A stretch of DNA of 64,000 nt from an uncultured Alphaproteobacteria bacterium. GTDB taxonomy: Bacteria; Pseudomonadota; Alphaproteobacteria; Rhodobacterales; Rhodobacteraceae. The notes below the pieces were generated by a model. That model had not been told where the DNA came from and did not search any database. It was given only the letters and a program-made list of their open reading frames with translations. Of the stretch, positions 42,156-53,235 are shown piece after piece (within the stretch, counting starts at the first letter, position 1; every line of letters starts with the position of its first letter). Made by a program: the position numbers and the translations under genes. Location: NCBI GenBank assembly GCA_963773555.1, contig CAVZCB010000031.1, positions 27,343-91,342 on the forward strand. Reading direction: 5' to 3'.

Positions 42156-43904
42156 ATGCTCGATTCCCCCGCCTTCCTCAACGTCGAAGCCTCCGTGACG
42201 GGCCGGCGGTGGCTGGGGCCGTCGGCGGAGCACGACCGCCTCGGGCAGGCGATCGCCCAGGCGGCGGGGCTGCCGGAGGTGGTGGGGCGGATCCTTGCCA
42301 GCCGCGGGATCGCGCCCGCCGAGGCCGCGGCCTATCTCGCGCCGGCGCTGCGCGACCTGATGCCGGACCCGTCGCGACTGCGCGACATGGACAAGGCCGC
42401 AGCGCGGTTCCGCCAGGCGGTTGTCCGGGCCGAGCGGATCGCGGTGTTCGCCGACTACGACGTGGACGGCGGCGCGTCGGCGGCGCTGCTGCTGGTCTGG
42501 CTGCGGCAGATCGGGCTCGACGCGACGCTCTACGTGCCGGACCGGATCGAGGAGGGCTACGGGCCGAACATCCCGGCGATGCAGGCGCTCGGGGCCGCCC
42601 ACGACCTGATCGTGTGCGTCGATTGCGGCACGCTCAGCCACGAGCCGATCGCCGCGGCCGGCTGCGACGTGATCGTGCTCGACCATCACCTCGGGGCGGA
42701 GACGCTGCCGGAGGCTGTCGCGGTGGTGAACCCGAACCGGCAGGACGAGGACGGCGCCTACGGGTATCTCTGCGCGGCGGGGGTGGTGTTCCTGATGCTG
42801 GTGGCGGTCAACCGGCTGATGCGCGCGGAGGGGGTGGCCGGGCCGGACCTGCTGGGGCTGCTCGATCTGGTGGCGCTGGCGACGGTGGCGGACGTGGCGC
42901 CGCTGGTCGGGCTGAACCGGGCGCTGGTGCGCCAGGGGCTCACGGTGATGGCCGGTCGCGGGCGGCCGGGGGTCGCGGCGCTGGCCGAGGTCGCGGGCAT
43001 GAAGGGGGCGCCGACCAGCTACGCGCTGGGGTTCCTGCTCGGGCCGCGGGTGAACGCCGGCGGGCGGATCGGCGTGGCGGATCTCGGAGCGCGGCTGCTG
43101 GCGACCCGCGATCCGCACGAGGCGGCCGCGCTTGCCGCCCGGCTGCACGGGCTGAACGGCGAGCGCCGCGAGATCGAGGCGGCGGTGCGGGTCGAGGCCG
43201 AGGCGCAGGCGGCGGCGCGCGGCGACGGCCCGCTGGTCTGGGCGGCCGGCGAGGGCTGGCATCCGGGGGTGGTCGGCATCGTTGCGGCGCGGCTGAAGGA
43301 GACCTTCGGCCGGCCGGCGGTGGTGATCGGCTTCGACGGCGCGGACGGCAAGGGGTCGGGCCGCTCGATCGCCGGCGTCGATCTCGGCGCGGCGGTGGCG
43401 CGGCTGGTGCGCGAGGGGCTGATCGCGCGCGGCGGCGGGCACCGGATGGCCGCCGGCGTCAGCCTGACGCGGGACCAGCTCGAGCCGGCGATGGCGCGGC
43501 TGGGCGAGCTGCTGGCCGGGCAGGGCGCCGACGCGCCGCGGGCGCGCGGCCTGCGGGTGGACGGAATCGTGGCGCCGGGGAGTGCAACCCCGGAGCTTGC
43601 CGCGCGGATCGCCGCGGCCGGGCCCTACGGTGCGGGATCGCCCGCGCCGCGGCTGGCGCTGGCGGCGGTGCGGATCGCGGGGGTGCGGCGGATCGGCGAG
43701 GGGCATCTGGCGCTGGCGCTGGGCGACGGGACCGGCGGCCGGCTGGACGCGGTGGCGTTCCGGGCGTTCGAGAGCCCGCTGGGCGAGTTCCTGAGCGGCC
43801 GGGCGGGGGCGCCGGCGCATCTCGCCGGACGGCTGGAGCGGGACGAGTGGGGCGGGCGGGTGCGCGCCAAGCTCCACATCGAGGACGCGGCCCTGCCCGG
43901 CTGA
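42156..43904 (+). CDS. recJ: ssDNA exonuclease RecJ
   Basis: DYDVDG, VDCG, DHH, GPRVNAGGR, GSGRS, GGHRMAAG. Confidence 0.96.
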   Translation: MLDSPAFLNVEASVTGRRWLGPSAEHDRLGQAIAQAAGLPEVVGRILASRGIAPAEAAAYLAPALRDLMPDPSRLRDMDKAAARFRQAVVRAERIAVFADYDVDGGASAALLLVWLRQIGLDATLYVPDRIEEGYGPNIPAMQALGAAHDLIVCVDCGTLSHEPIAAAGCDVIVLDHHLGAETLPEAVAVVNPNRQDEDGAYGYLCAAGVVFLMLVAVNRLMRAEGVAGPDLLGLLDLVALATVADVAPLVGLNRALVRQGLTVMAGRGRPGVAALAEVAGMKGAPTSYALGFLLGPRVNAGGRIGVADLGARLLATRDPHEAAALAARLHGLNGERREIEAAVRVEAEAQAAARGDGPLVWAAGEGWHPGVVGIVAARLKETFGRPAVVIGFDGADGKGSGRSIAGVDLGAAVARLVREGLIARGGGHRMAAGVSLTRDQLEPAMARLGELLAGQGADAPRARGLRVDGIVAPGSATPELAARIAAAGPYGAGSPAPRLALAAVRIAGVRRIGEGHLALALGDGTGGRLDAVAFRAFESPLGEFLSGRAGAPAHLAGRLERDEWGGRVRAKLHIEDAALPG

Positions 43905-43944
43905 GGCACCGGGCGGGCCGGGGGCGGCGCGCTGAAATGCGGCC

Positions 43945-43973
43945 TTGATCCGCTGGTGCGGCGGCGATACACA
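43945..43973 (+). promoter_or_regulatory. sigma70 promoter of tRNA-Glu pair
   Basis: TTGATC-N17-TACACA followed by GC-rich discriminator, 11 bp before tRNA. Confidence 0.55.
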
Positions 43974-43984
43974 GCGCCGCGGAC

Positions 43985-44059
43985 GCGCCCTTCGTCTATC
44001 GGTTAGGACATCAGATTTTCAATCTGAAAAGACGGGTTCGACTCCCGTAGGGCGTACCA
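43985..44059 (+). tRNA. tRNA-Glu(TTC)
   Basis: 75 nt cloverleaf; anticodon arm TCAGA-TTTTCAA-TCTGA; GGTTCGACTCC; encoded CCA. Confidence 0.95.
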
Positions 44060-44086
44060 CTATAAGATCGCGACTCGAAAGCAGCT

Positions 44087-44161
44087 GGCCCCTTCGTCTA
44101 TCGGTTAGGACGCCAGATTCTCAATCTGGAAAGACGGGTTCGACTCCCGTAGGGGCTGCCA
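44087..44161 (+). tRNA. tRNA-Glu(CTC)
   Basis: 75 nt cloverleaf; anticodon arm CCAGA-TTCTCAA-TCTGG; encoded CCA. Confidence 0.95.
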
Positions 44162-44201
44162 GACGGTTTGGATTGTTCGGCAGGGGCCGACGATATCCCC
44201 C

Positions 44202-45230
44202 TCACCCACGGATCGCCCGCAGCATCGTGTCGACGTTCGCGGGGTCCGCGTCCGGGGTGATCCCGTGTCCGAGGTTGAAGATGTGCGGGCCGCCCTCGAA
44301 GGCGGCGACGGTGCGTTTCGTGGCGTCCGCCAGCGCCGGGCCGCCGACCACCAGCAACAGCGGATCGAGGTTTCCCTGCACGCAGACATGCGGCTGCAGC
44401 GCCCCGGCGGCCCAGACCGGATCGACCGACGTGTCGAGGGCGACCGCCTGGACCCCGGCGCTGGCGGCAAAGCCGGCATAGCCCGCCCCTGCGCCGCGGG
44501 GGAAGCCGATGATCGGCAGGCCGGGATGCGCCGCGCGCAGCGACGCGGCGATGCGGGCGGCCGGGTCGATCGACCAGCGCGCGAAAAGCGGCCCGGGGAG
44601 CGCCCCGGCCCAGGAATCGAACAGCTTGACCACTTCGGCGCCGGCCTCGACCTGGGCCAGCAGATAGCCGATGGTCGCTTCTGTGATCCGGTCGATCAGT
44701 TGCTCGAAGGTCGCGGGATCGCGGTAGAGAAGCGCGCGCGCCGGCGCCTGATCCGGGGTGCCGCGGCCGGCGATCATGTAGGTGGCGACCGTCCACGGCG
44801 CGCCGGCGAAGCCGATGAGCGGAACTTCGGACGGCAGGGCCGCGCGCACCCGGCGCACCGTCTCGTAGACCGGCGCGAGCGTGTCGTGGATCGCCTCGGG
44901 CGGCTTCAGGCGCGCCAGATCATCAGGCCTCGTCACCGTGGAGAGCCGCGGCCCCTCGCCTTCGACGAAGGCGAGATCCGCACCGAGGGCGTGGGGAACC
45001 AGCAGGATGTCGGCGAACAGGATCGCCGCGTCGAAGCCGAAGCGGCGTATCGGCTGGAGCGTCACCTCCGCCGCCAGCTCGGGGTTGTAGCAGAGATCGA
45101 GGAAGCTCCCCGCCCGGGCGCGCACCGCCCGGTATTCGGGCAGGTAGCGCCCGGCCTGGCGCATCATCCACACCGGCGGGACCGGCAGCGCATCGCCGGC
45201 GAGCGCCCGCATCATCGACCGCGTGTCCAT
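44202..45230 (-). CDS. hemE: Uroporphyrinogen decarboxylase
   Basis: [41 protein letters not shown]. Confidence 0.97.
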   Translation of the reverse strand: MDTRSMMRALAGDALPVPPVWMMRQAGRYLPEYRAVRARAGSFLDLCYNPELAAEVTLQPIRRFGFDAAILFADILLVPHALGADLAFVEGEGPRLSTVTRPDDLARLKPPEAIHDTLAPVYETVRRVRAALPSEVPLIGFAGAPWTVATYMIAGRGTPDQAPARALLYRDPATFEQLIDRITEATIGYLLAQVEAGAEVVKLFDSWAGALPGPLFARWSIDPAARIAASLRAAHPGLPIIGFPRGAGAGYAGFAASAGVQAVALDTSVDPVWAAGALQPHVCVQGNLDPLLLVVGGPALADATKRTVAAFEGGPHIFNLGHGITPDADPANVDTMLRAIRG

Positions 45231-45297
45231 TCCCCGTCCCCCGCCTTGCGATCAGAGCGCCGCGACCTTACAGATCGGCGCGGAAAAGGAAAACCCG

Positions 45298-46248
45298 ATG
45301 CCCGCCGAACCCTTTGCCGACCTGCCCGATCCCGACCGCCCGCTGCGGATCGGCACTCGCGGCAGCCCGCTGGCGCTCGCTCAGGCGCATGAGGTCCGCG
45401 ACCGGCTGATGGCGGCGCATGGCCTGCCCGGGGAGGCCTTCGAGATCGTGCCGGTCCGCACCACCGGCGATCGGGTGCAGGATCGCCCGCTGCGGGTTCT
45501 CGGCGGCAAGGGCCTGTTTACCCGGGAGATCGAGGAAGCGCTGGCCGAGGGGCGCATCGACATCGCCGTGCACTCGATGAAGGACATGCCGACGCTGCAG
45601 CCGGCCGGGCTTTCGATCACGGCGTTCCTGCCGCGCGAGGACGTGCGTGACGCCCTGGTGACGCCTTCCGGGGGGACTGTCGCGGATCTTCCGCCGGGCA
45701 GCGTCGTCGGCAGCTCCAGCCTGCGCCGTGCGGCCCAGATCCGTCACCGGCGTCCCGACCTTGCGGTGGTCGAATTTCGCGGCAGTGTCGAGACCCGTCT
45801 GCACAAGCTCGGCCAGGGTGTCGCCGCCGCCACGTTTCTGGCGATGGCCGGCCTGAACCGTCTCGGTCGCTCGGACGTGCCCCGTGTCGCGATCGATCCC
45901 GACGAGATGCTTCCCGCCGTCGCTCAGGGCGCCATCGGGATCGAACAGCGCAACGGCGACAGCCGGGTTGCGGCCCTTCTCGCCCCGCTTCATCACGGGC
46001 CGACCGGCGACCAGCTCGCCGCCGAGCGCGCGTTCCTCGCCGGCCTCGACGGATCGTGTCAGACGCCGATCGCCGGTCTTGCGGAGATCAGCGGCGGGCG
46101 CCTGCGTCTGCGCGGCGAGATCCTTCGTCCCGACGGATCGGAGAGCCTGACCTACGCGCTCGAGGGACCGGTCGCGGACGCGGCGAGGATCGGAGCCGAA
46201 GCGGCGGCGGTGTTGCTCGACAGGGCGGGGCCCGGGTTTTTCGACTGA
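45298..46248 (+). CDS. hemC: Hydroxymethylbilane synthase
   Basis: IGTRGSPLALAQ, GKGLFTRE, VHSMKD, SSLRR, LDGSCQTPI. Confidence 0.97.
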   Translation: MPAEPFADLPDPDRPLRIGTRGSPLALAQAHEVRDRLMAAHGLPGEAFEIVPVRTTGDRVQDRPLRVLGGKGLFTREIEEALAEGRIDIAVHSMKDMPTLQPAGLSITAFLPREDVRDALVTPSGGTVADLPPGSVVGSSSLRRAAQIRHRRPDLAVVEFRGSVETRLHKLGQGVAAATFLAMAGLNRLGRSDVPRVAIDPDEMLPAVAQGAIGIEQRNGDSRVAALLAPLHHGPTGDQLAAERAFLAGLDGSCQTPIAGLAEISGGRLRLRGEILRPDGSESLTYALEGPVADAARIGAEAAAVLLDRAGPGFFD

Positions 46249-46260
46249 CGCCGAGCCCGA

Positions 46261-46785
46261 TCAGGCGACCTGCCCGAACAGGCGCTCCGAATGGTCGGCG
46301 AGATAGATCCGCAGCCACGGGGTGAAGCTGGCCGGGTGCGCGGCGATTTCCGCACGAAGGGAGGGCACCGTGATCCACCGCGTCGCCTTCACCTCGGCCG
46401 GATCCGGACTGAACGGCATCTCGATATCGGCTTCGGCCACGAACAGCTCCACCCTCTCGTCCTCGACCATGCCGCCGCCGACTGCTGCACGATAGGCGAC
46501 CGACTGGCGTCGCTCGAGCGTCAGGCCGGTGATGCCGAGTTCCTCGCGAAGCCGCCGGGCCGCGCAGTCGTCCGGCGCCTCGCCCCAGCGGGGATGAGTG
46601 CAGCAGGCGTTCGCCCACAGCCCGGGGGTGTGATACTTCGTCGCGGCGCGTCGCTGCAGCAGTGTCCGCTCGCCGTTGACGACGAAAACCGACACCGCCG
46701 GGTGCGGCAGGCCGCGGCGGTGCACCTCGAGCTTTTCAACGGGCTGCAGCCGCCCCTCCACCCACGCCGGGATCATCTGGTCCAT
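46261..46785 (-). CDS. idi: Isopentenyl-diphosphate delta-isomerase (type 1)
   Basis: LLQRRA..KYHTPGLWANACCTHP, RRLREELG, FTPW. Confidence 0.92.
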   Translation of the reverse strand: MDQMIPAWVEGRLQPVEKLEVHRRGLPHPAVSVFVVNGERTLLQRRAATKYHTPGLWANACCTHPRWGEAPDDCAARRLREELGITGLTLERRQSVAYRAAVGGGMVEDERVELFVAEADIEMPFSPDPAEVKATRWITVPSLRAEIAAHPASFTPWLRIYLADHSERLFGQVA

Positions 46786-46848
46786 CCGCGGCTTTTCCGT
46801 CAGGCCCGGAAACAGTTCAAGGCCAAATGATTGCTGGCGCCGGCCTTA

Positions 46849-47121
46849 GGAATCCGGCTGAATCGTCTGTCGGGGAGCGCCTGCCGAACCGGCATGAGCG
46901 ACGCACTGCGTCGCGCCGGTTCGTCGGCTGGAGCGCGTGAGCGCGAAGGCCGAGGGGGGTGCCGCCCGGACCGTCGTCTCCAATCCGTGCGCGCCTGCCT
47001 GGCTGGCGCGTTGCAGACGCGCCTGCCGGGGGCAGTCAGGCGCGCGCGGATTTGTCGACGGACAAATCCGCGGAGTGGATGCGGCGCCAATGCGTCCGAC
47101 GCCAAGCGTATACGGCGAAGC
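46849..47121 (-). repeat. Structured dispersed repeat, copy 2 (inverted)
   Basis: Reverse complement matches 25481-25783, including CGCGGATTTGTCCGTCGACAAATCCGCG and GCGACGCA-N-TGCGTCGC hairpins. Confidence 0.85.
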
Positions 47122-47139
47122 AAAAGAAGGGATCGGATA

Positions 47140-47562
47140 TCAGTCGTCATCCCTGCGGCGCATGAGGACCAGCAGGGCGCCGAGCGAGACGAGGCCGAGG
47201 CCGATGGTCGATCGGGACGGCCGTGGCGCGGGCGTCATGGATAGCGCCGCGGCGCGGAAGAGCTGCCGGTCCGCTTCCGCCCGCCGAACGGCGAGAATCC
47301 TGTTTCGACGGGATTCCCAGGCCAGCGCCGCAAGCAGGATCAGGACCACGAGAAGCGCCAGCCCCGCCATGATCGCCAGCGCCTCGATGATCCCGACGCG
47401 CCCTGCCAGCGCCACCGTCGCCGCGGCCAGCGCGAAGCCGATGCAGGTGAGCGCCGCCAGGACGCACCCGGCGATGAGCGTGCCGCGCACGCTGGCGCGG
47501 CGGCCGAGATATCGGAGTCGCGCCTCCGCGACGTGGCTCAGCGTCGTGAAGAGGCGCACCAT
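47140..47562 (-). CDS. Membrane protein (YqjE/holin-like partner of DUF883 protein)
   Basis: Two to three TM segments; 2 bp downstream of ElaB/YqjD-like gene. Confidence 0.55.
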   Translation of the reverse strand: MVRLFTTLSHVAEARLRYLGRRASVRGTLIAGCVLAALTCIGFALAAATVALAGRVGIIEALAIMAGLALLVVLILLAALAWESRRNRILAVRRAEADRQLFRAAALSMTPAPRPSRSTIGLGLVSLGALLVLMRRRDDD

Positions 47563-47564
47563 GT

Positions 47565-47891
47565 TCAGCGCCGGAACAGGATGCCGAACAGGAATCCGAA
47601 CAGCGCGGCGAGCCCCAGCGACGCGAAGGGCCTGCGCCGGGTCGCGTCGGCGAGTTCGTCCTCCAGCGAGCGCAGCTCCGCCAGCGCTATATCGAGCGCC
47701 GCCTCGCCCTTGGCATATCCTTCCGCGGCGGTCTCGCCGGCGGCGGCCCTGAAGCCGGAGGCGCGCTGCCGGCCCATGCGCGCGACCATGGTCCCCAGTT
47801 CGCTCAGGTCGGCGCGCAACGCGCTGATCTCCGCGCTCAGGGGCTCTGCCGCGGAAGCCAGGTCGATCTCGTCCTTGCGGGATGTCGCCAT
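47565..47891 (-). CDS. DUF883 (ElaB/YqjD) tail-anchored protein
   Basis: EISALRADL...RRRPFASLGLAALFGFLFGILFRR. Confidence 0.82.
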   Translation of the reverse strand: MATSRKDEIDLASAAEPLSAEISALRADLSELGTMVARMGRQRASGFRAAAGETAAEGYAKGEAALDIALAELRSLEDELADATRRRPFASLGLAALFGFLFGILFRR

Positions 47892-47951
47892 GATCAGTCC
47901 TTTTCCATGCCTACGGGGCGCGCGCCGTGCGCACCCCCGCTACGGAACACC

Positions 47952-47976
47952 AACGCGAAACCTCGCGCAAAGTTCC
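47952..47976 (-). promoter_or_regulatory. EcfG (general stress sigma) promoter
   Basis: Minus strand GGAAC-N16-CGTT, 60 bp upstream of the DUF883 ATG. Confidence 0.7.
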
Positions 47977-48040
47977 CGGGTGTCCGCACCTTGCCCGCAG
48001 AGCGCCGGCGGCACAATCGCTCGCGTTGACCGCTCCGCGA

Positions 48041-49338
<1,298 letters not shown>

Positions 49339-49342
<4 letters not shown>

Positions 49343-50787
49343 CTGCGGGTCTCCTTGATGGCGGGATAGAGCGCGCGGTAGCGGGCATAGCCCTCGCGGT
49401 AGCGCGACACCAGCGCCGGGTCGGGCGCGATGGTGCGCACGATCTCCGGCGCGGCGCAGACCTGCAGCGGATCGTCGCCTTCCGCCGCGCAGATCGCCAG
49501 CCGCGCCGCGCCGAGGGCCGCGCCCACGTCGCTGTCGGCGGCGATCTCCAGCGGTCGGTCGAGCACGTTGGCGATGATGCCGAGCCAGGTGTCGGACCGC
49601 GCGCCGCCGCCCACCGCCAGCGCGGCCGCGAAGTCGGCGCCGGCGTCCTTCAGCACCCGCTGGCAGTCGGCGAAGGCGTAGGCGACGCCCTCCATCACCG
49701 CCTGCGCCAGCTCGGCGGGGCCATGCGACTGCGCCAGCCCGACGAAGGCGCCGGACGGCCGCGCCTCGTTGTGCGGCGTGCGCTCGCCCGAGAGATACGG
49801 CAGGAAGGTCACGTCCGACGGCGCTTTGACCGGCCCGACGGCGCCCGCCAGATCGGCGGCGCTGCGCCCGGTGATGCGCGCCAGCCACTCGAGGCTGTCG
49901 GAAGCCGACAGGATCACCCCCATCTGGTGCCAGGTATCGGGGATCGCGTGGCAGAAGGCATGCACCGCGCCCTCGGTGTTCGGCGAGAACGCGGCGTTGG
50001 AGACGAAGAGCACGCCGGAGGTTCCGATCGACACGAATGCCGTTCCCGGCCGCACCACCCCGACCCCGCAGGCCGCCGCCGCGTTGTCGCCCGCGCCGCC
50101 CGCGACCACCACCGTCCCGTCGATGCCCCAGCGCGCAGCCAGGTCCGGCGACAGATCGCCCGAGGCGGCGCTGCCCTCGACCAGACGCGGCATGTGGGCG
50201 CGGGTAAGGCCGGTGGCTTCCAGCAGGTCGTCCGACCAGTCGCGCGCGCCGACGTCGAGCCAGTAGGTTCCGGAGGCGTCCGACATCTCCGACACGTGAT
50301 GCCCGGTCAGCCGGAAGCGCACGTAGTCCTTGGGCAGCAGCACGGTGTCGATCTGGCCGTAGATCTCCGGCTCGTGCTTGCGCAGCCAGGCGATCTTCGG
50401 CGCGGTGAAGCCCGGCATGGCGATGTTGCCGGCGACCGCCCGGGCTCGCGGAAACGCCGCCTCGATCTCGGCGCATTCCGCCATCGCCCGGCCGTCGTTC
50501 CAGAGGATCGCCGGCCGGAGCACCTGATCGTCATGGTCGAGACAGACAGCCCCGTGCATCTGACCCGACAGCCCGATGCCGCGAAGCCCCTTCAGCCCAT
50601 GGTCGCGCGCCAGCGTGCCGATGGTGCCCTCGACGGCGCGCCACCACGCCTCGGGATCCTGTTCCGACCAGCCCGGCTGCGGGCGCTGGACGGTGAGCCG
50701 CTGAGAGGCCTGGCCCACGAGCTTCTGATCGCGGTCGAACAGGACTGCCTTGACCGACGACGTGCCGATGTCGATCCCGAGGTACAT
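49339..50787 (-). CDS. xylB: Xylulokinase
   Basis: [42 protein letters not shown]. Confidence 0.96.
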
Positions 50788-50891
50788 GTCTATACCGTCC
50801 TCCCACCCGTTTTGGGCGCCAACCATCGGTTCGGCGTCCTGCCTTGTCAAACCACTTGTGGGATCCGGGGGGAAAGACCGGCGACCGTCCG

Positions 50892-51875
50892 TCAGTCGAT
50901 CCAGCCTCGCTCACGATAATACCGCGCCGCGCCCGGCTGCAGCGGCGCGCTCAGCGTCTCGGTCGCCATCGCCTGCGGATCGAGATCGGAAAGCGTCGGA
51001 TCGAGACCCCGCAGCATTTCGAAGTCGTCGAAGATCGCGCGAACGATCGTGTAGCCGGTGTCGTCGCTCAGTCCGGGGGCCGCGACCAGCGTGGCGCGCA
51101 CGCCGAAGGTCGGCGTGGGGTCGGGGTTTCCTCGATAGAGACCGCCCGGGATCGTCACCTCGACGAGCGACGGCTGGGACGCCACGAGTTCCGCCACCGC
51201 GGCGCCTTCGATCGGGACGAGCCGCGCGTCGCAACCGGTGGTCGCCTCCCGGACGACCCGGGCAGGCTGGCCGATGGCGTAGAGGAAGGCGTCGATCGAA
51301 CCGGAGCAGAGCGCCGGACCGAGCCGGTCCGGCGAAACGTCGGGAACCTCGACGACGCTGTCCGAGGTCCAGCCGAACGCCGCCATCAACTGTTGCGCCA
51401 GCACGCGGGTCCCCGAGCCTTCGGCCCCGAGCCACACGCGCTTGCCGGCAAGATCCTCGGCCTGGGCGATATCCGCATCCGCCCGCGTCACCAGCGTCAG
51501 CGGCTCGGGATAGAGCGCCATCATCGCGGCAAGGCCGTCGAACGGACCCGACGCGGAGAAATCGCCGGTCCCCTTCAGCGCGTCGAGCTGGACGTCGGAC
51601 TGAACCATCGCGAGATCGAACGTCCCGTCGCGAAGGCCTTCGATGTTTTCCACCGATCCCGCCGAGGGTCGCGCCGCGCATCGCAGGCCGGTCTCGGGCC
51701 GGTGCAGGTTGACGAGCCGGCAAAGCGCAACGCCCACCGGAAAGTAGACCCCGGTCACGCTTCCGGTGCCCATGTTCACGACCCGGGGCGCCGTGGACGC
51801 GTCCTGCGCCGAAGCCGGCGGGGTGAAGAGCAGCGTCGCCGCCACCAGCGGGGCCACTGCCAGGGTTCTCGTCAT
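50892..51875 (-). CDS. TAXI family TRAP transporter solute-binding protein
   Basis: Signal peptide; GTGSVTGVYFPVG, GSVENI, QSDV, GSGTR, PGAARYYRE. Confidence 0.9.
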   Translation of the reverse strand: MTRTLAVAPLVAATLLFTPPASAQDASTAPRVVNMGTGSVTGVYFPVGVALCRLVNLHRPETGLRCAARPSAGSVENIEGLRDGTFDLAMVQSDVQLDALKGTGDFSASGPFDGLAAMMALYPEPLTLVTRADADIAQAEDLAGKRVWLGAEGSGTRVLAQQLMAAFGWTSDSVVEVPDVSPDRLGPALCSGSIDAFLYAIGQPARVVREATTGCDARLVPIEGAAVAELVASQPSLVEVTIPGGLYRGNPDPTPTFGVRATLVAAPGLSDDTGYTIVRAIFDDFEMLRGLDPTLSDLDPQAMATETLSAPLQPGAARYYRERGWID

Positions 51876-51992
51876 CGTCCTCTCCCGCCGTTGCGTCGCG
51901 CCAAAGCTAGTGCGACCCGCGTCGCCGGGCAAACCGGTTCCACGCACGCGCAGCCCCGGCGGCCCCCGGGTAAACAAGCCGGGTTTCGGGCC

Positions 51993-52021
51993 TTGTCGCG
52001 GCCCAAGGCGTTTGCTAAGAG
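51993..52021 (+). promoter_or_regulatory. sigma70 promoter of tRNA-Leu
   Basis: TTGTCG-N17-TAAGAG 10 bp before tRNA. Confidence 0.5.
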
Positions 52022-52835
52022 CCGCGCCAGTGCGGTTGTGGCGGAACTGGTAGACGCGCAGCGTTGAGGTCGCTGTGGGCTAACACCCGTGGAAGTTCGA
52101 GTCTTCTCAACCGCACCATCTCGCTTTTTGAACCATCGAAACCGGCTAAGACCTTGAAGGGAAGGGCGGTTTCGATAGTTCGATAACCACTTTCCCGCGA
52201 GTATCGCAGAGGCTCGGAAAATGCCAGTCTCAGTACCGTTTGCTTGAGGGCAAGCGGTCATTATCGTATATAAACCAAGGCCTTGCCAGAAATTCGAGGG
52301 ATAGTTCGATAAATTCTTCGACCCTGCATTTCGGCGGCACAATCTGCACTGCCCGCTCAGCCAAAACAATCTTCTCCCGCTCCAGCTTCGCGATCCGCCC
52401 CTCATAGGCGCTCACGACCGAAGGACTAGATGCGTCGATGATCCTGTCCAGTAGGCTCTCGATCTGCTTCTCAACATCCTTGATCTGCCGCGCGACGGCC
52501 TGCTTAGTATTGCAGGCCTCGGCAAGGCGCATGTCCCACGCATCCTCGAACATTGCTTTGGCCAGCTCAAAGAGCTGCCGCTTCGGCTGGAAGCTACGGA
52601 GGATGTCGGCGAAGCCGTCCTCGACCTTGTGCCGGGGGATCGACTTCCGCTGCGACGGGCAACCGCGCGTGTCGCAGAGGTAATAGGCGTAATGCTGACG
52701 GCAGCCTTTCGACCAACAAGAGGTCATCGCCTGCCCGCAATCGTCGCAGAGCACGAAGCCACGCAACGGGAAATCCTCGCTGATGTCCTTGCGGGCCGCA
52801 GCCCTTGCGCCGCCCCTCAGCACCTCCTGGATCCT
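52015..52835 (-). pseudogene. Large serine recombinase, C-terminal fragment (Zn ribbon + coiled coil), frameshift ~52255
   Basis: FPLRGFVLCDDCG...YYLCDTRGC; continues in shifted frame as LALKQTVLRLAF...KSEMVRLRRLELP through the tRNA; catalytic N-terminus missing. Confidence 0.8.
52032..52118 (+). tRNA. tRNA-Leu(GAG); left boundary of an integrated element
   Basis: 87 nt with long variable arm; anticodon arm CAGCG-TTGAGGT-CGCTG; CCA end. Confidence 0.95.
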
Positions 52836-53235
52836 CGACGACCTCGCCTACGTCACCAAGGACCAGGCCGAAACCAGCGTGCTCTTCGAGCTGATCAGCT
52901 CCCGCTACGAGCGACGCTCCATCCTCATCACCGCCAACCAGCCTTTCGGCGAATGGAACAGGATCTTCCCCGATCCCGCGATGACGCTCGCCGCGTCGAC
53001 CGTCTCGTCCACCACGCGACCATCCTCGAACTCAACGTCGAGAGCTACAGGCGCCGCACCGCCGTCGAGCGCCGCAAGGGACCGGGCCGACCCCCAAGCC
53101 GCGCGACAATCAAAACCGCCGATGATTGACGCTCTGCGACAATCAGGATGCGAAAACCTCTTGCTCGAGGCCGCTGACGCCGCGATCATCTCTTTCGTCG
53201 CGGCACTTCAACTCTCATCCAGATTGTCGCGCTCA

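Noticed and set aside
44202-45300. Replication origin beside hemE as in Caulobacter
   Set aside because: The hemE-hemC gap is under 70 bp with no AT-rich tract or DnaA boxes.
43985-46248. tRNA-Glu next to hemE/hemC as evidence of C5 tetrapyrrole pathway coupling
   Set aside because: Alphaproteobacteria generally use ALA synthase; no glutamyl-tRNA reductase here; the tRNAs are convergent with hemE.
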